This document shows, one piece after another, positions 47,514-59,085 of a stretch of 64,000 bases of DNA (the stretch's first letter is position 1; every line of letters starts with the position of its first letter). Source of the DNA: Eutreptiella sp. 'Long Island Sound 2002' (taxonomy: Eukaryota > Protista > Euglenida); contig OZ038378.1 of the NCBI GenBank assembly GCA_964036045.1, forward strand, positions 11,532,001 through 11,596,000, given 5' to 3'. Made by a program: the position numbers and the translations under genes. Under the pieces are notes generated by a model. That model did not search any database and was not told the origin of the DNA. It saw nothing but the letters and a program-made list of their open reading frames with translations.

Positions 47514-49239
47514 TGCACGCCCAAGGGCGGACCAAATGACAAAAGGAGCGACACAACAATCAAGCAGAGAGGCAGGAGTCAATGACCGATCGTTCAGGGA
47601 AGAACTGGGAAGAACTGTACGTATAGAAGAGCTCACTGCACATAGCATTGATGTTGGGAGCAAAGGCTCTACCGGGACTGAGCATCTACGGTTCGAGAAC
47701 GCTATTGCCCTGCTGTAGACCTGCTCTATGATATTGAATGTGTTTGCGCCCCCCCCCCCCCCCCCCCCCACCGAATGTAGACCCCTGACTGCAGGGGTAC
47801 TAGCCGAACGGGGCCAGCATGGTGCAGGTACTCCACAGGAATGACCCCTGACAGGAATGTACTTCACTGAACCTGTAGAGTCTGGACCAGATCAAGGGCA
47901 AGGACAGGGCAGGCCGCAAGAGGAACAGTAGCAGTGCAGTGCAGAAGAGGGAGCTAGGGCACAACCCACTGAACGGTCAAATAACGGAACAGACAATTGT
48001 AAATAAGGGAGGAGGGCAGCAGCAAACTTAGGCAGAAGCACCAGGAAAGTCCCAGCAAAAAGCCGGATGTGCTGCAGTGAACTTGCTGATGAACATTGAC
48101 TGGAATTGTCTATCACGGGACATCCAGTTCAGCCTGACCGACCATTTGATGCTTGACTGTGGACCCAGGTCTTAGAATTTTTTCCCGGGCTTGAGGGCCT
48201 AAGTCTCATAAAGTGGTCTTTGTGAAAGTGGGTCTTATAATTTTTTTTGCGCCGCGGGGCACTGTGACCTGTTTTCTTAACCACCAAAGAATGTTCACCA
48301 ACTGATACGGATGATTCAGGTGAATCCGATGATAGTATGGATGATAGTAGTGGTGCAGTGTCTCTTTCGTGTTATATGATTTTGATGCTTTTGACAATAC
48401 ACATGCATTTATGATCGCGGATGACCTGTGTGCCTCAGTGTTAGGACGGCACATGGCTCGCATATAGGAAATCTTGGATCATCTGAAGAATTTTGGGAGT
48501 CGAAGGAATTTTTTGTAGACACGTCGCTTTTCCACTCCAAGAGACCTTGAGAAGGTATGGGCGCAACGGAATATGCAACCCAGTTGTGGGGCATACACCA
48601 CAGCAATCCACTTGATTGTTCAGCTCACCTCAACACGTGCAATGGGACACCTTAGGGAAGGCAAGGGGCCGTAGCCCTTGCACAAACTACAAACTGCCTG
48701 GCGAGCTGCCCTACTTGCGATGTAATTTTGTGGTTGCATGGGTTGGATGTGCATTTCAAGGAGACCCCCTTGTCTAGCACTTCCACCATCACTACAAGTG
48801 GTGCATGGTTTGTGCAACCCAACAAAAGCTGAAGGTTGCATCAGCAACTCATGCAGGGGAAACAGTGTTCAAGGCACTTCCCTACTTCGTACTCCTCATC
48901 TAGCTCCTCCTCAAGCTCCTTCTCCAGTGGATGCAGTGGCCAAGGAATTTCTATTGATGCATGGTATCTTTACGGCATTGAAGGGGCATCAGTATGATAT
49001 TGAATGGTTGGCAGAGGCTTCCAACGGATGCCCACATTTCCTCTGAATGCACCCGCCCTGTGCGGAGGCGGGGGGATTGGTTTTGGCCACAGGCCAACAG
49101 ACGATTGGCACGCCAAAACACTGAAAGCGTCTTTCTAGCGGTCATAGTGCCTCTGAGTGATGTAACAACGTCGCGCTGAATTCAATTGCAGCGTCTTTTT
49201 TGTCCATCCCCGCGGCCTGCACTGCCACCGACCACGCCG

Positions 49240-49927
49240 ATGATGTCAGCCCTTCCTTTGGACGGGCCTTCCTTCGGCTACCACACATATGACACTCCCG
49301 TCAGTCCTGCAGGCCCTGCGGCCCAGCGACACATAACCGCCGTGAGCATCTGCACCGTGATTCTTGGGGCCGTGGTGGTGGCTGCGATGCTTCTGAGTTC
49401 GTCTGTTGGGCATGCGTGGGGCCTTGGACCCTCTGCCCTGCCACAGGCGGCGTTCCGGTGGATTTCTGTGGCGGCATCCCCGCAGATGGTCGCCACCCCC
49501 CGCATTGCCAGTGCACTCCGCAGGGCAGGGACCTCAGCGGCCCCACTTATTGCCAGGCCCCCAGAGGGCCCGCCCTCCGCCGGGCTGCCGCTGAATGTCG
49601 TGAGCGATAGAAGTCTCGGGGACGCGGGTGTCGTGCCGCCCACGAAAGGGGAGCAGGATTCCATTCCCACGTCGTTTTACCGGGACGCCTCCGGAGTTCT
49701 GCCGCTCAACAAGGGACTGACCCCGTTGCTGACCAAGACGGAGTTCCAGGCTCTTCTGGACGCGCGCGCACAGCACCGCGCCACGTGCACGATCTCGCCC
49801 GATCTTGGAATGTCCCAGCAGACCGCCGAGCTGTATGAAGAGGGCTTCGGGTGGAACTCTCGTCGGATGGTGCGATGGGACTCTGTGGAGAAGGTGGTTG
49901 ACAAGCCCGGCTGCTACCTCGTACAAG
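49240..49927 (+). CDS. SAM-dependent methyltransferase, exon 1 (putative plastid-targeting presequence plus N-terminal domain)
   Basis: ATG 49240. Hydrophobic segment ITAVSICTVILGAVVVAAMLL, then an Ala/Pro/Ser/Arg-rich acid-free stretch, then TISPDLG motif. GT donor at 49928, phase 1. Confidence 0.85.
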
Positions 49928-50529
49928 GTCATTCCTCTTACACTCCCCCCCCACTCCTGCCCCGCTCCTCTCACATGCCTGGCACACTCCTCTTAGACTC
50001 CTCTTACACGCGTCTTTCTCAGACACTCCTCCCGAAGTTTTACGCTCCTACTGCACTCCCTTCCACTCCTGCCTGAGTCGTCTGTATTTCCTCCCACACC
50101 CCGCTCACACTCCTGTCATAATCCTCTCACACTGCTCTCACACTCATCTCACGCTTCGCTCACACTCAAATCAGAGCAGGTCAGGTAGCACCAGCAACCA
50201 CAACCACAATTCTGCAGAGTCACTGAAAGGACAGCCCTTTGTTCTTGAAACTGGAATGGGCAGGAAGGCCCACCAACTCGTCCCAACAACGTGTCCTGGT
50301 TCCGAGCACAGGCAGTGGCACCCTGAGCGTCAGGAACTCAAAATGGAACGGGCAGGACGGCCCAGGCGTACACCTGGGAGCACATGCGGCACTCTTGAAA
50401 TGCCGAGCAGCGACGGGCATCCAGCTGGTACTGCGCATGGCAGCGGTACCTCTGCCTCATCCCGAGAGCACGTTCCCTGGGAGGGGCCCTGTATTGGCGA
50501 ATACTGGTGGTGGGGGCCCACTCCAGCGC

Positions 50530-50975
50530 ATCCTCCTCTCACACTCCTCTCACACTCCTCTCACACTGCTCTCACACTGCTCTCACACTGCTCTCACACT
50601 GCTCTCACACTGCTCTCACACTGCTCTCACACTGCTCTCACACTGCACCCACGCTTCTTTCACCTTCTCTCACCCTCCTCACGCACTGCGCTCGCACCGC
50701 TCTCACATGGCTCTCACACTGCTCGCACATTGCTCTGACGCTCCTCTCACGCTCCTGTCACCCTCCCCTCAGTCTGTTCTCACACTCCTTTCACAGTCCT
50801 CTCAAGTCCTGTCACAGTTCTCTCACACATGTCTCACACTCCTCTCACCATACCCACTGCTGCCACACTGCTCTCACACTCCTCTTGCGCTTGTCTCGCG
50901 CTCCCCTCAGACTGTTCTCGCACTCCTCTGACACTTCTCGCACACCCATCCCACGCTCCTCTCACACTCCTCTCG
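50530..50975 (+). repeat. Intronic minisatellite, 11-bp unit CTCTCACACTG; diverged continuation at 49930-50170
   Basis: Direct reading; explains the SHCSHTALTLL ORFs. Confidence 0.92.
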
Positions 50976-50980
50976 AACAG

Positions 50981-51414
50981 GGGGCGACGGCGACTGGAGT
51001 TGGACGCTGGAGAAGGTGTCTCTGTTCTCTGACACGACAAATCGCGCCGCCAGTCTCCTGCCCACCGACGATGGCCCTCCAACCGCCGTGCTTGGGGGCT
51101 TTAGCATGCATCGCTTCGGCAAAGGGGTCAACCCCCTGGAGGACACGCGTCGCAAGCTGCTGCCGCTGGGCCCACTGCTGCACCGCAACGTGCGCTCCTT
51201 GGACGTCTGCACGGGCCTGGGCTACACTGCGATTGCCGCGGCGCAGGCCGGGGCGGACGTGACCACGATCGAGCTGGACCCCACCATGCAGGAGCTGTGC
51301 GCCCTGAATCCGTGGTCGCAGGGGCTTTACAAGGATCCCACAGGGCCCCGCGTCACTCAGTTGATGGGGGACGCTACAGAAGTGATCAAGACGCTGCCCT
51401 CTGATGAATATCAG
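50981..51414 (+). CDS. SAM-dependent methyltransferase, exon 2
   Basis: AG 50979-50980, phase 1 compatible. PPTAVLGGFSMHR, motif I LDVCTGLGYTAIAA, TIELDP, NPWSQ, MGDATEVI. GT donor at 51415. Confidence 0.93.
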
Positions 51415-51959
51415 GTACCAACCCCCCGCATGTGGCTCGTGTCCCCCCACGTAAAGTACCCTCCGCCTACGCTGGCGCTGGGGATGCCTGCGGGCGTTGG
51501 TAGGGTTTGACACCATCGGGGCATAGCACGGGCTTTTCCTTGACTCTGCCCCCCCCCCCCCCCCCCGCTGTCGGAGAACTAGAACCTTCCCACAGCCACG
51601 TCGCATCATCCATCAAGCTGTTCAGGGTGGTGTCTGCAGGTCAGTGATACCCTGAAAGCCTCTTGGCCCCAGGCCTAACCCAACCGGAGCGATCGCCTCG
51701 TGGTAGGACGGGCCAATTCTGCTTCCATAGCAACCCTGAGCCTCGCTACCATGTGAGCCTCTTGCTGTACCCGTCAGGTGCGGACCTCATTCCTCCACCG
51801 TCCTTGTAGTCCAGCGAATGGGGCCCTGCGCACGAGCTGCTTAATGCGCTGTTGTCCTTTGTCTCTGCAGCCCCCCCCCCCTCCCCCATCTCCGTTCTGA
51901 GACCTGCTGGTCCCCACGAGCCCCTCCTCTGCACTCATCGTACTGCTGATCTTGTGCAG

Positions 51960-52370
51960 GTGGTCGTGCACGACCCTCCGACGTCCAGCCTGGGCGGTGC
52001 ATTGTTCTCCAGGGAGTTTTATAAGGAGTTGCTGCGTGTCTTGAAGCCGGGAGGCATACTTTACCACTACATCGGGGACCCTGATTCCAAATCGGGGGGA
52101 CGGGACACAGCAGCCGTGGGGAAGAGGCTGAAGGAAGCTGGATTCCGGATGGTGATAGGGGCGCCCATGGCCCATGGACTAGTGGCTGCTCCCGAGAAGA
52201 TGCCCAAGGCCGTGCTGACGCTCGCGAATCGGAGGCCTGCCGGGCAGCCCAAGCAGCGCCGTGTTCCAAAGCACGGACTTCAGTGGGAGCAACAGCTGCA
52301 GCGCGAAAAGGAGCTGTGGGTGGAGGAATGGGGGTCGTCGGATGGGGAGTGGGGGTCGTGGGGGTATTGA
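51960..52370 (+). CDS. SAM-dependent methyltransferase, exon 3 (COG2521-type predicted methyltransferase); full protein ~510 aa
   Basis: AG 51958-51959, phase 0. VVVHDPP, LFSREFYKELLRVLKPGGILYHYIGDP, RLKEAGF. TGA 52368-52370. Exon lengths 688+434+411 = 1533 nt. Confidence 0.93.
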   Translation: MVVHDPPTSSLGGALFSREFYKELLRVLKPGGILYHYIGDPDSKSGGRDTAAVGKRLKEAGFRMVIGAPMAHGLVAAPEKMPKAVLTLANRRPAGQPKQRRVPKHGLQWEQQLQREKELWVEEWGSSDGEWGSWGY

Positions 52371-55300
52371 GCCACTGCCCCTCACTCCGGGGGCATGCCT
52401 CATCGGCGGCTCCGTCACAGACCCGTACACACCGTTTCACCATTTTGTCCCGGACCACCATCCCCTCGAGGCCGACCGCACACCCAACACAAACTCAGGC
52501 ATCTGCAACAGCTGTGGCAACGATGACAACCTGTTCGCTTGGCTCCGATCCCAACTCACCCCATTGGATGAGACCCGCCCCGCCAATCCTCACCCCCTAC
52601 CCATCAGCAATTTCTCCCCGCGGACGAGTGATACCACACAAGTAGGCCCCGCGTGTACAGTGGAGTAGTTGTGGAATACAGAGGCAAAGTGGTGGGAAAT
52701 TCAGCGTGCTATCAATGGCAGTTGGATCTCTCTCCCCCAGGGTCCGGGGGGCTCGAAAGGGGTCCACGTTTGGTGCCCGATGGACTGCACGACGTTTCAT
52801 CTGCTGTAAATCTGCCCCCCCCCCCCCTCTTCTGGTCCAATGAGCGCTATTGGCCCCGTTCGACGGGGCGCCTGCGGCGTCTCTGGAGGACACTGCAGGA
52901 CAATGTACCTGGACATGAAACTGATTGCTTGCCGGGTGCACTGGGATTTGTTCTGGGGTGATTCCTCAGTCCAATGCTCTTATGGCCCAGCCACCCGAAG
53001 TCTAAGCCCAAGTCACTTCGAGGGGCCACATCCAGTTGGTGCATGTTTTGTTTCGGTACCGGTTGAAGGAAAGCTCACGAGTCTCAAAGTCGTGTGTGCA
53101 GTGTTGTATGACTGAATGACTGCATGTGAAGCCTGTTGGTGCTGGCAGGGCAGTGGGTGCCACGGGGGCAGTGATGCTGCAGTTGTGTGAAGGGGACCAG
53201 AAATTCCCCCCCCCCCCGCCACCCACCCCACACAGCATGCCCCCAGGACACCTTCCCTCAGTAAAGGCGAGGTATACGAAAGGCATGGACCACACAGCCC
53301 CAACCGCCTTTCTGGAACCCCGTCGACGGGGCCCAAAATGTTGGGGGGGTGTCAGTGGATTGTTCTGTACTTCAGCCCCCCCTTGTAGAGTTGGGCTCTC
53401 ATTGAGGGACATCTCGAGCAGTGCACGGTCATTGCCATCATCAAAGGCGGAGAGGCAGAAGACTGTGGGGGATGCAGCTCCGTCTTGGGGGGCGATCGAG
53501 GGGAGCCCATGGGGATGCGCATCAAAGCCAAGGGCGCCGACGGCGGCAAGCGGAAGCCATTCTTTTGGGAGTCTGTGCTGCCCCAGGCCCTCTCCCGTTT
53601 CTTTTACAAATTATCCGGCGTTCAGCGGGGCATCAGAACAAGAGGCAGGGGCAGAAAATCCGTCGTGCCAAAGGGACGGTAGTGCGCGAGGGATGGTGGA
53701 TGTATTGGCCCCCACCTGATGCAAACCGAACAAGATATCAGAACTGGGGCACACAACATGGCCTTTGAGTCATGGACTACCGAACGTGAAGGCGTTGGAA
53801 GGCAGGGGCAATTGGCATCGCGTGCGACGGACAGTTCCGGTGTACAAGCCGTGGCCACGGATAGGATGCGTCTCGGAGCGTTCTTAGGCCCCCATGATCC
53901 CGGTGTCATTGTCCTTTGGAGACCTTTTGTTTGTGCTGAGGACGTTCCCAACTGATCCAAGATGGGCCTTGCATGTGCTGTCCAGACCGCGTCACAGCCC
54001 CTTCGGCTGTGAGGTTATTGTGGACAATGGGCTGAGTGGGTGAGCCAACCTGTGGAACATCCTGTTTAAAGGCGCTTGTGTGGAACAATGGTCCACCTGT
54101 GTTCTGTTTGATCCGGGTGGACTAGAATGAGCGTCACATGCCCTCCTCAGTGGTGTCTCTGTTCCGCTCTTAATTCCAATCACATCCAAGATGCTGGTGG
54201 AGCGTAGCAGACTGTTTCGAGCCCGGCACCCCTCTCCCCTTCCTCCCGGGGGGTGTCATATGTAAGTCGCTTAATTTTTTTTCTGGTGTGGGTCGCGTGC
54301 ACTTTTTTTTGGCGTAAGTTGCCCGTGGAAAAAAAATCTTGAAAATGGTATGGGAACGCGACCTACGCCGAAAGAAAGTGCGTGAGGTACGCTTCTTTTT
54401 TGTTACACGACCTGCATCCAAAAAAAAGTGCAGGTCACCTACAGCCAAAAATAAAGTGTGGGTGACCTCCGCTTTTTTGTACACGACCTACACCCAAAAA
54501 ACAGTACCTGAGACCTACATCCAAATAAAAGTACACCTGGTCACTGTCCCTTGTCGCGGGGAGCTTTGGTGTCTACCAGCGCCACAGACCTTTGTGCGGG
54601 TCTTGGTGCCATCCCCTGTTACCAGCCTTATCCACCCCCCCCCCCCAAGGGGAGGAAAGCGGAGGTCGAGTGTGGAAAACAGCATACAGCTCAAAGGCGG
54701 TGTCATGCGCAAGTGATGTGCATGCTCCCAGAAAGTTTGTTGAGGCCTTTGGATTCAGAATGGCAGGCGAAGATCAATCTTCGGCCTCTTGTCTCCCAAC
54801 GCGGCCTGGGGCTGGACACCTGTTCCAGGCAGACCGCTCTCCAACCCCAGGCTGGAGACAAGAGGCCGAAGGAGACAAGAGTGGCGGAATGCAAACTGCT
54901 TCAGCCGCCATTTGGAAGCCGATAATGCGAGTTTTTGGCAAAATCAGCCCATCTTGGCCGCCTAGTGACAGCTGCCTTAGCATTAATTCGGCTCACCTAT
55001 TGCTATCTATGGGGCCCTTAAAGGGCTCCCTTTGGGGCAGCCTATTTGTCTCAATTCAGGGAAACCAATGTTGGTCCCACTCAAAAGCATCTCACCAAAG
55101 CGACTTGCTAGTGTTTGGTTGAGTCCACAGGAGCTCCTAGAAGCGCAGAGTCCACAACACCCGGGATAATGCTAGTGGGTGCTAGGTCCAATGTGGGATT
55201 CTTGACCATGATTGGGGGTGCACTAGTTCATGGATGCATGGCAGTCGTCACGAAATCTCTCAATAGTGCGCAGCATTCCCTTGGGGTGAGCTCTGACAGG

Positions 55301-57871
55301 GACTGTTCGCTCTTGTAGGGACTACATCAGCATACGGGACTCGACAGCAGCCGGTGATCCACGATTGGCTGTGCCAGTCCCCATGGAGGGGTTGCATAGG
55401 CTGACACTGTCGTGCAGACATGGGGCCCATTATGGGGCTTGGAGAAAGCATGCCATACTGGTCCCTGCAGGGGTGGGCAGGGTTGAGCTGGGAGAGGGAC
55501 TGGGGCTGACGACTGGCCATGGCCTTGCAACGGGGCTAGGGCTTGTGCTGGGGCTTGTACTTGGGCTGTCTTACACTGGGGCTAGGGTGGGGCAGTCTGG
55601 GTTTACGGTCGTACACGGGGTTGTCCTGCTGGTGCACCGAATGGTCGGGGTGCTGGCAGGGCGGATGTGAGGTCATGGGATCTGGCTGACACACAGTGTT
55701 AGGGTAGACGCACTGGTAGGAGTCCCGGGCTCACACCGCACATGTTGCACAGGGTCGCAACGCAGTTTATTACCGTGGTGAAAACACGTCTCAGTAACTT
55801 CTGCAACTGCTTCAACCGGCGTCGAACCACAGTCTGCCGGTCCCTCATGTGCACATGCAGTGAACTCCTTGGTAATTTGGCAAATTGGCAATCGCTCGCC
55901 ACAGATAGCCAACCATCTCTGCGGATAGGCAGATACACACTGCAAACCGTGTAAATTGATTTGCCAAACAACAATGGAAGTAGCGTCCCACACATATCCG
56001 CAGCAGCACAACACAAAGGCTTTCAGCAATAAGCCTGCGAAGCTGGGCAAGTGCAGGTGCCCCAGTCAAGGCAACGATTCCAGGAAATCCGTTTTCATTA
56101 GCATAAAGGACCTCAGCAGATAATCAGGTAGTCAGATATCAATTTCACTCTTATGACTGTCCGATTACTGTTCAACTATTTGGCCTATGGCATTAATTGC
56201 TGCTGCCAGTTGACATATTACAGTCTTGCATGGGACAGGAGACAGTCTTGGATAGCAGTGTTCCATCTGGTGAAAATGGTCATAAGTCAGGGGGCATCAG
56301 CTGTAATGTTTCATGCCATCCATGTGCATCCTCTTTTGCGCTAACAATGATGAGAACTGGATGTGCCAGCATTAATACAGGAACAAGGGAATGCCCCCTA
56401 CACTCAGGACAACAAGATCCCTTGCACCCACCCCGCTCCCCAGAAGCTGCAGGTGCAGCAGAGTGTGAAGGTATTCACTAGCATTGTTTGCGACGCCGAG
56501 TGGCAATTCATTTGGTCCTAATTGGTTGTGTAGCCCAATTTCTTTGGTTGGAGTGGTGGTTCATTCATTCATTTATTGTCTGGCAGCTTCACATTTGTTC
56601 AGGGTGAAAGAAATATTCAAGGTGCAACTGTAACATAGGAGGCCAGTGCCAACCCCTGGCAACCCCTGATCTAGCCGACAGGGAAACGTGAGGGCTCTGT
56701 GTTTGCCCAGGGTATTTTCATAGGATCACTTTGTGGTGTGGTGTTAGTTGCGACTCTCTGCAAAATGTGTTTGCCTAAGGCAAGAAAATTCGGCGTTGAA
56801 TACTGCGTAAAATGCTAACTTCAACGAACAGAAGTATGCCCCAAGGAATTTCTTGTTGGGGGACCCCCCAGAATCTCAGAATTGTAAACATTTGGGGCGC
56901 GGGGTACACGAAAATTTGTTGGCCTTTTGCAGATACTATGCATCGATCCAGACCCATCTTATGTCCAGGTACCCCCAATTGGCCCCCTTGTGGGGCCCCA
57001 CCGGTGATGACTGCCATTTGCATCTGGCCCATGCGTGCTCAAATTTCAAAACAAAAACACATTCAAGGTGCAGTTTGTGATTTTCGCAGCAAAGATGCCG
57101 GCAGCTTTGCAGCTCACATCTCACTGCTTTTGCAAAACCGTAAAGACAACAGCACTCGCTGCCACCACACAAATCAAAGCACTGCAACACGAGCCCTCCC
57201 CACACATGGCGCCAAGCGCTGACACCATTGCCCAGCGCTTGTTGAACCCGACACTTGCGGACGCTCTGTAAGCTGGCTTTAAAACTGCAGATGTGGGAGT
57301 AGTTGGGGTTGGAGGAGAGGCAAGAATATTGAAGGGGATTGGGTGGCCCAACGGCATCTGCTGATGCGAGCAACCCTTGGCAGAGGAGAAGACAAGAGTG
57401 GCCAAGGGGGCACGTAAGGGACAGGTTGGCACATAAAGCAGGCTGCAGATGGCAGAACGAATAACGGCTGATTGATTCCTTGATGGGCTGCCGTGCTTTG
57501 CAATTATGTTCTCTTCAGCCTTGACAACCAACAAAAGGATGGCCCGCCCGCAGGATTCAAGCCCATGTTCGGTCCTCCCAGGGCACAGCATTGCTGTGCA
57601 GCTGGGGACCTTGCACAACCCTCTCCCGTCCAAACGATGATCCTTTGTGGAACCTTGAGGTAGGCCAAATATTTTGCAGCATTGCCGCTTGCTGGGAGGC
57701 TTTGCGGAATGGCTCTCACGTTGCTTGGTAGACTGTATTCTAGGAGGAGGTTGAAGCCCAAGCTTGACCCCTTTACCACCGCCCTTTCTCCCTCCCAAGC
57801 ACCTTCAGCGTCTGCTCTGCCCTTTAGACAACGTCTGCCTCTGGACGTTCATTGCATCTAAGTTTTGCACC

Positions 57872-58256
57872 ATGTCTGTCAGCCATGGCGATACCATAGT
57901 GCAGAACGAACGCAAGTCTAAGCAATTTCAGCAATGGTGGCTGCCTTCCGGGCAACCCAAGGCCATAATCGTGATCTCTCATGGTTACGGAGAGCACTGT
58001 GGACGGTATGAGGCCACTGCTGCTGCCTTTGTAGCCCACAATTTTGCTGTCTACGCCATGGACCAGCAAGGCCATGGGCGCAGTGATGGCGACCGCGGCG
58101 TCGTGCATGACTATATGAACTGGGTGGATGACCTGGAGGCCTACATACAGACTATCGCTTCTAAGCACAAAGACGTGCCCATGTTCTTGTTGGGGCATTC
58201 GATGGGAGGTGCAGTGGCATTGAAGCTGGCTTCGCAGAACCCTGGCTGCTGGAAAG
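57872..58256 (+). CDS. Alpha/beta hydrolase, monoacylglycerol lipase/lysophospholipase family (Hydrolase_4), exon 1; remaining exons not found in the window
   Basis: PKAIIVISHGYGEHCGRY, YAMDQQGHGRSDG, WVDDL, nucleophile elbow GHSMGG. GT donor at 58257, phase 1. Confidence 0.92.
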
Positions 58257-58790
58257 GTATCCCCTGTACATCCGCATCAGTATTTATTCCGCTTGCAAGT
58301 CTGGATGCGTGCATGACTCCTCCCTGTCTTCTACCACAATATCACCTTGTGGCAAGGGATTAGTGTGTCCTACGTCTGAAAAAACGAATCAATTATGGTG
58401 AGGTGACAACTTGGCTTGGCGCCGTTGCCATACGTTTATTGGTAGTAGTGACAACCATAAAGGCCTCCATTGGTTTCTTTGTGCTATGGATCGCATTGGT
58501 GCTTTTCAAAGTGTGGTTTTGGTCAATCAGTCTCTCAAAAATCACCTCGAAGAGAGGTGGTTAGATCAAGCCCAGGTGCGGACACCATACATCCCCCTTT
58601 TTGGGGGTCGTTCGCGTATCATACCCCAAGGCATGATATTGGATGTCGAATCCCTTGTAAAATCATTATTTTGCACGACAAAGCGATTTCCCAGTGGATT
58701 TTTTTATTTTGAGCTCTATCCCCCCCAAAATTAGGTACCACATTTTAGGGGGGCGGGGTGGGGGGTGGGGGTCAAAATTAGTGCTTTGAA

Positions 58791-58866
58791 GGATTTGAAC
58801 CAGGGTCGGGTAAAACAGCCTCGCTCGGTGAGTCGCCGGGCGACTATTCTACCACTGGACCACTAA
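58791..58866 (-). repeat. tRNA-derived SINE-like head (Pol III A and B boxes)
   Basis: Reverse complement reads TAGTGGTCCAGTGGTAGAATAGTCGCCC...CCCTGGTTCAAATCC, resembling tRNA-Gly D and T arms. No cloverleaf closure. Confidence 0.55.
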
Positions 58867-58940
58867 TTATTTGTGCTGAAATGCTGTTCCCCACTGCTTG
58901 TAGCTGTAGGCTGCCACCAAAAAAGCCAAACAGTGTGATT

Positions 58941-59085
58941 CTGCCTGCCTGTCTGCCTGCCTGCTTGCCTGACTGACTGCCTGCCTGTCTGCCTGCCTGC
59001 TTGCCTGACTGACTGCCTGCTTGCCTGACTGACTGCTTGCCTGACTGACTGACTGATTGGCTGACTGTCAGCCTAACTGACTGAC
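58941..59085 (+). repeat. (CTGC/CTGA/TTGC)n tetranucleotide microsatellite
   Basis: Direct reading. Confidence 0.92.

Noticed and set aside
50239-51262. SHCSHTALTLL repeat proteins
   Set aside because: Translation of the intronic 11-bp minisatellite; the true exons splice around it in frame.
52400-56100. Many short overlapping ORFs, some Ser/Pro/Thr-rich
   Set aside because: No conserved motifs; probably old element debris that cannot be classified by eye.
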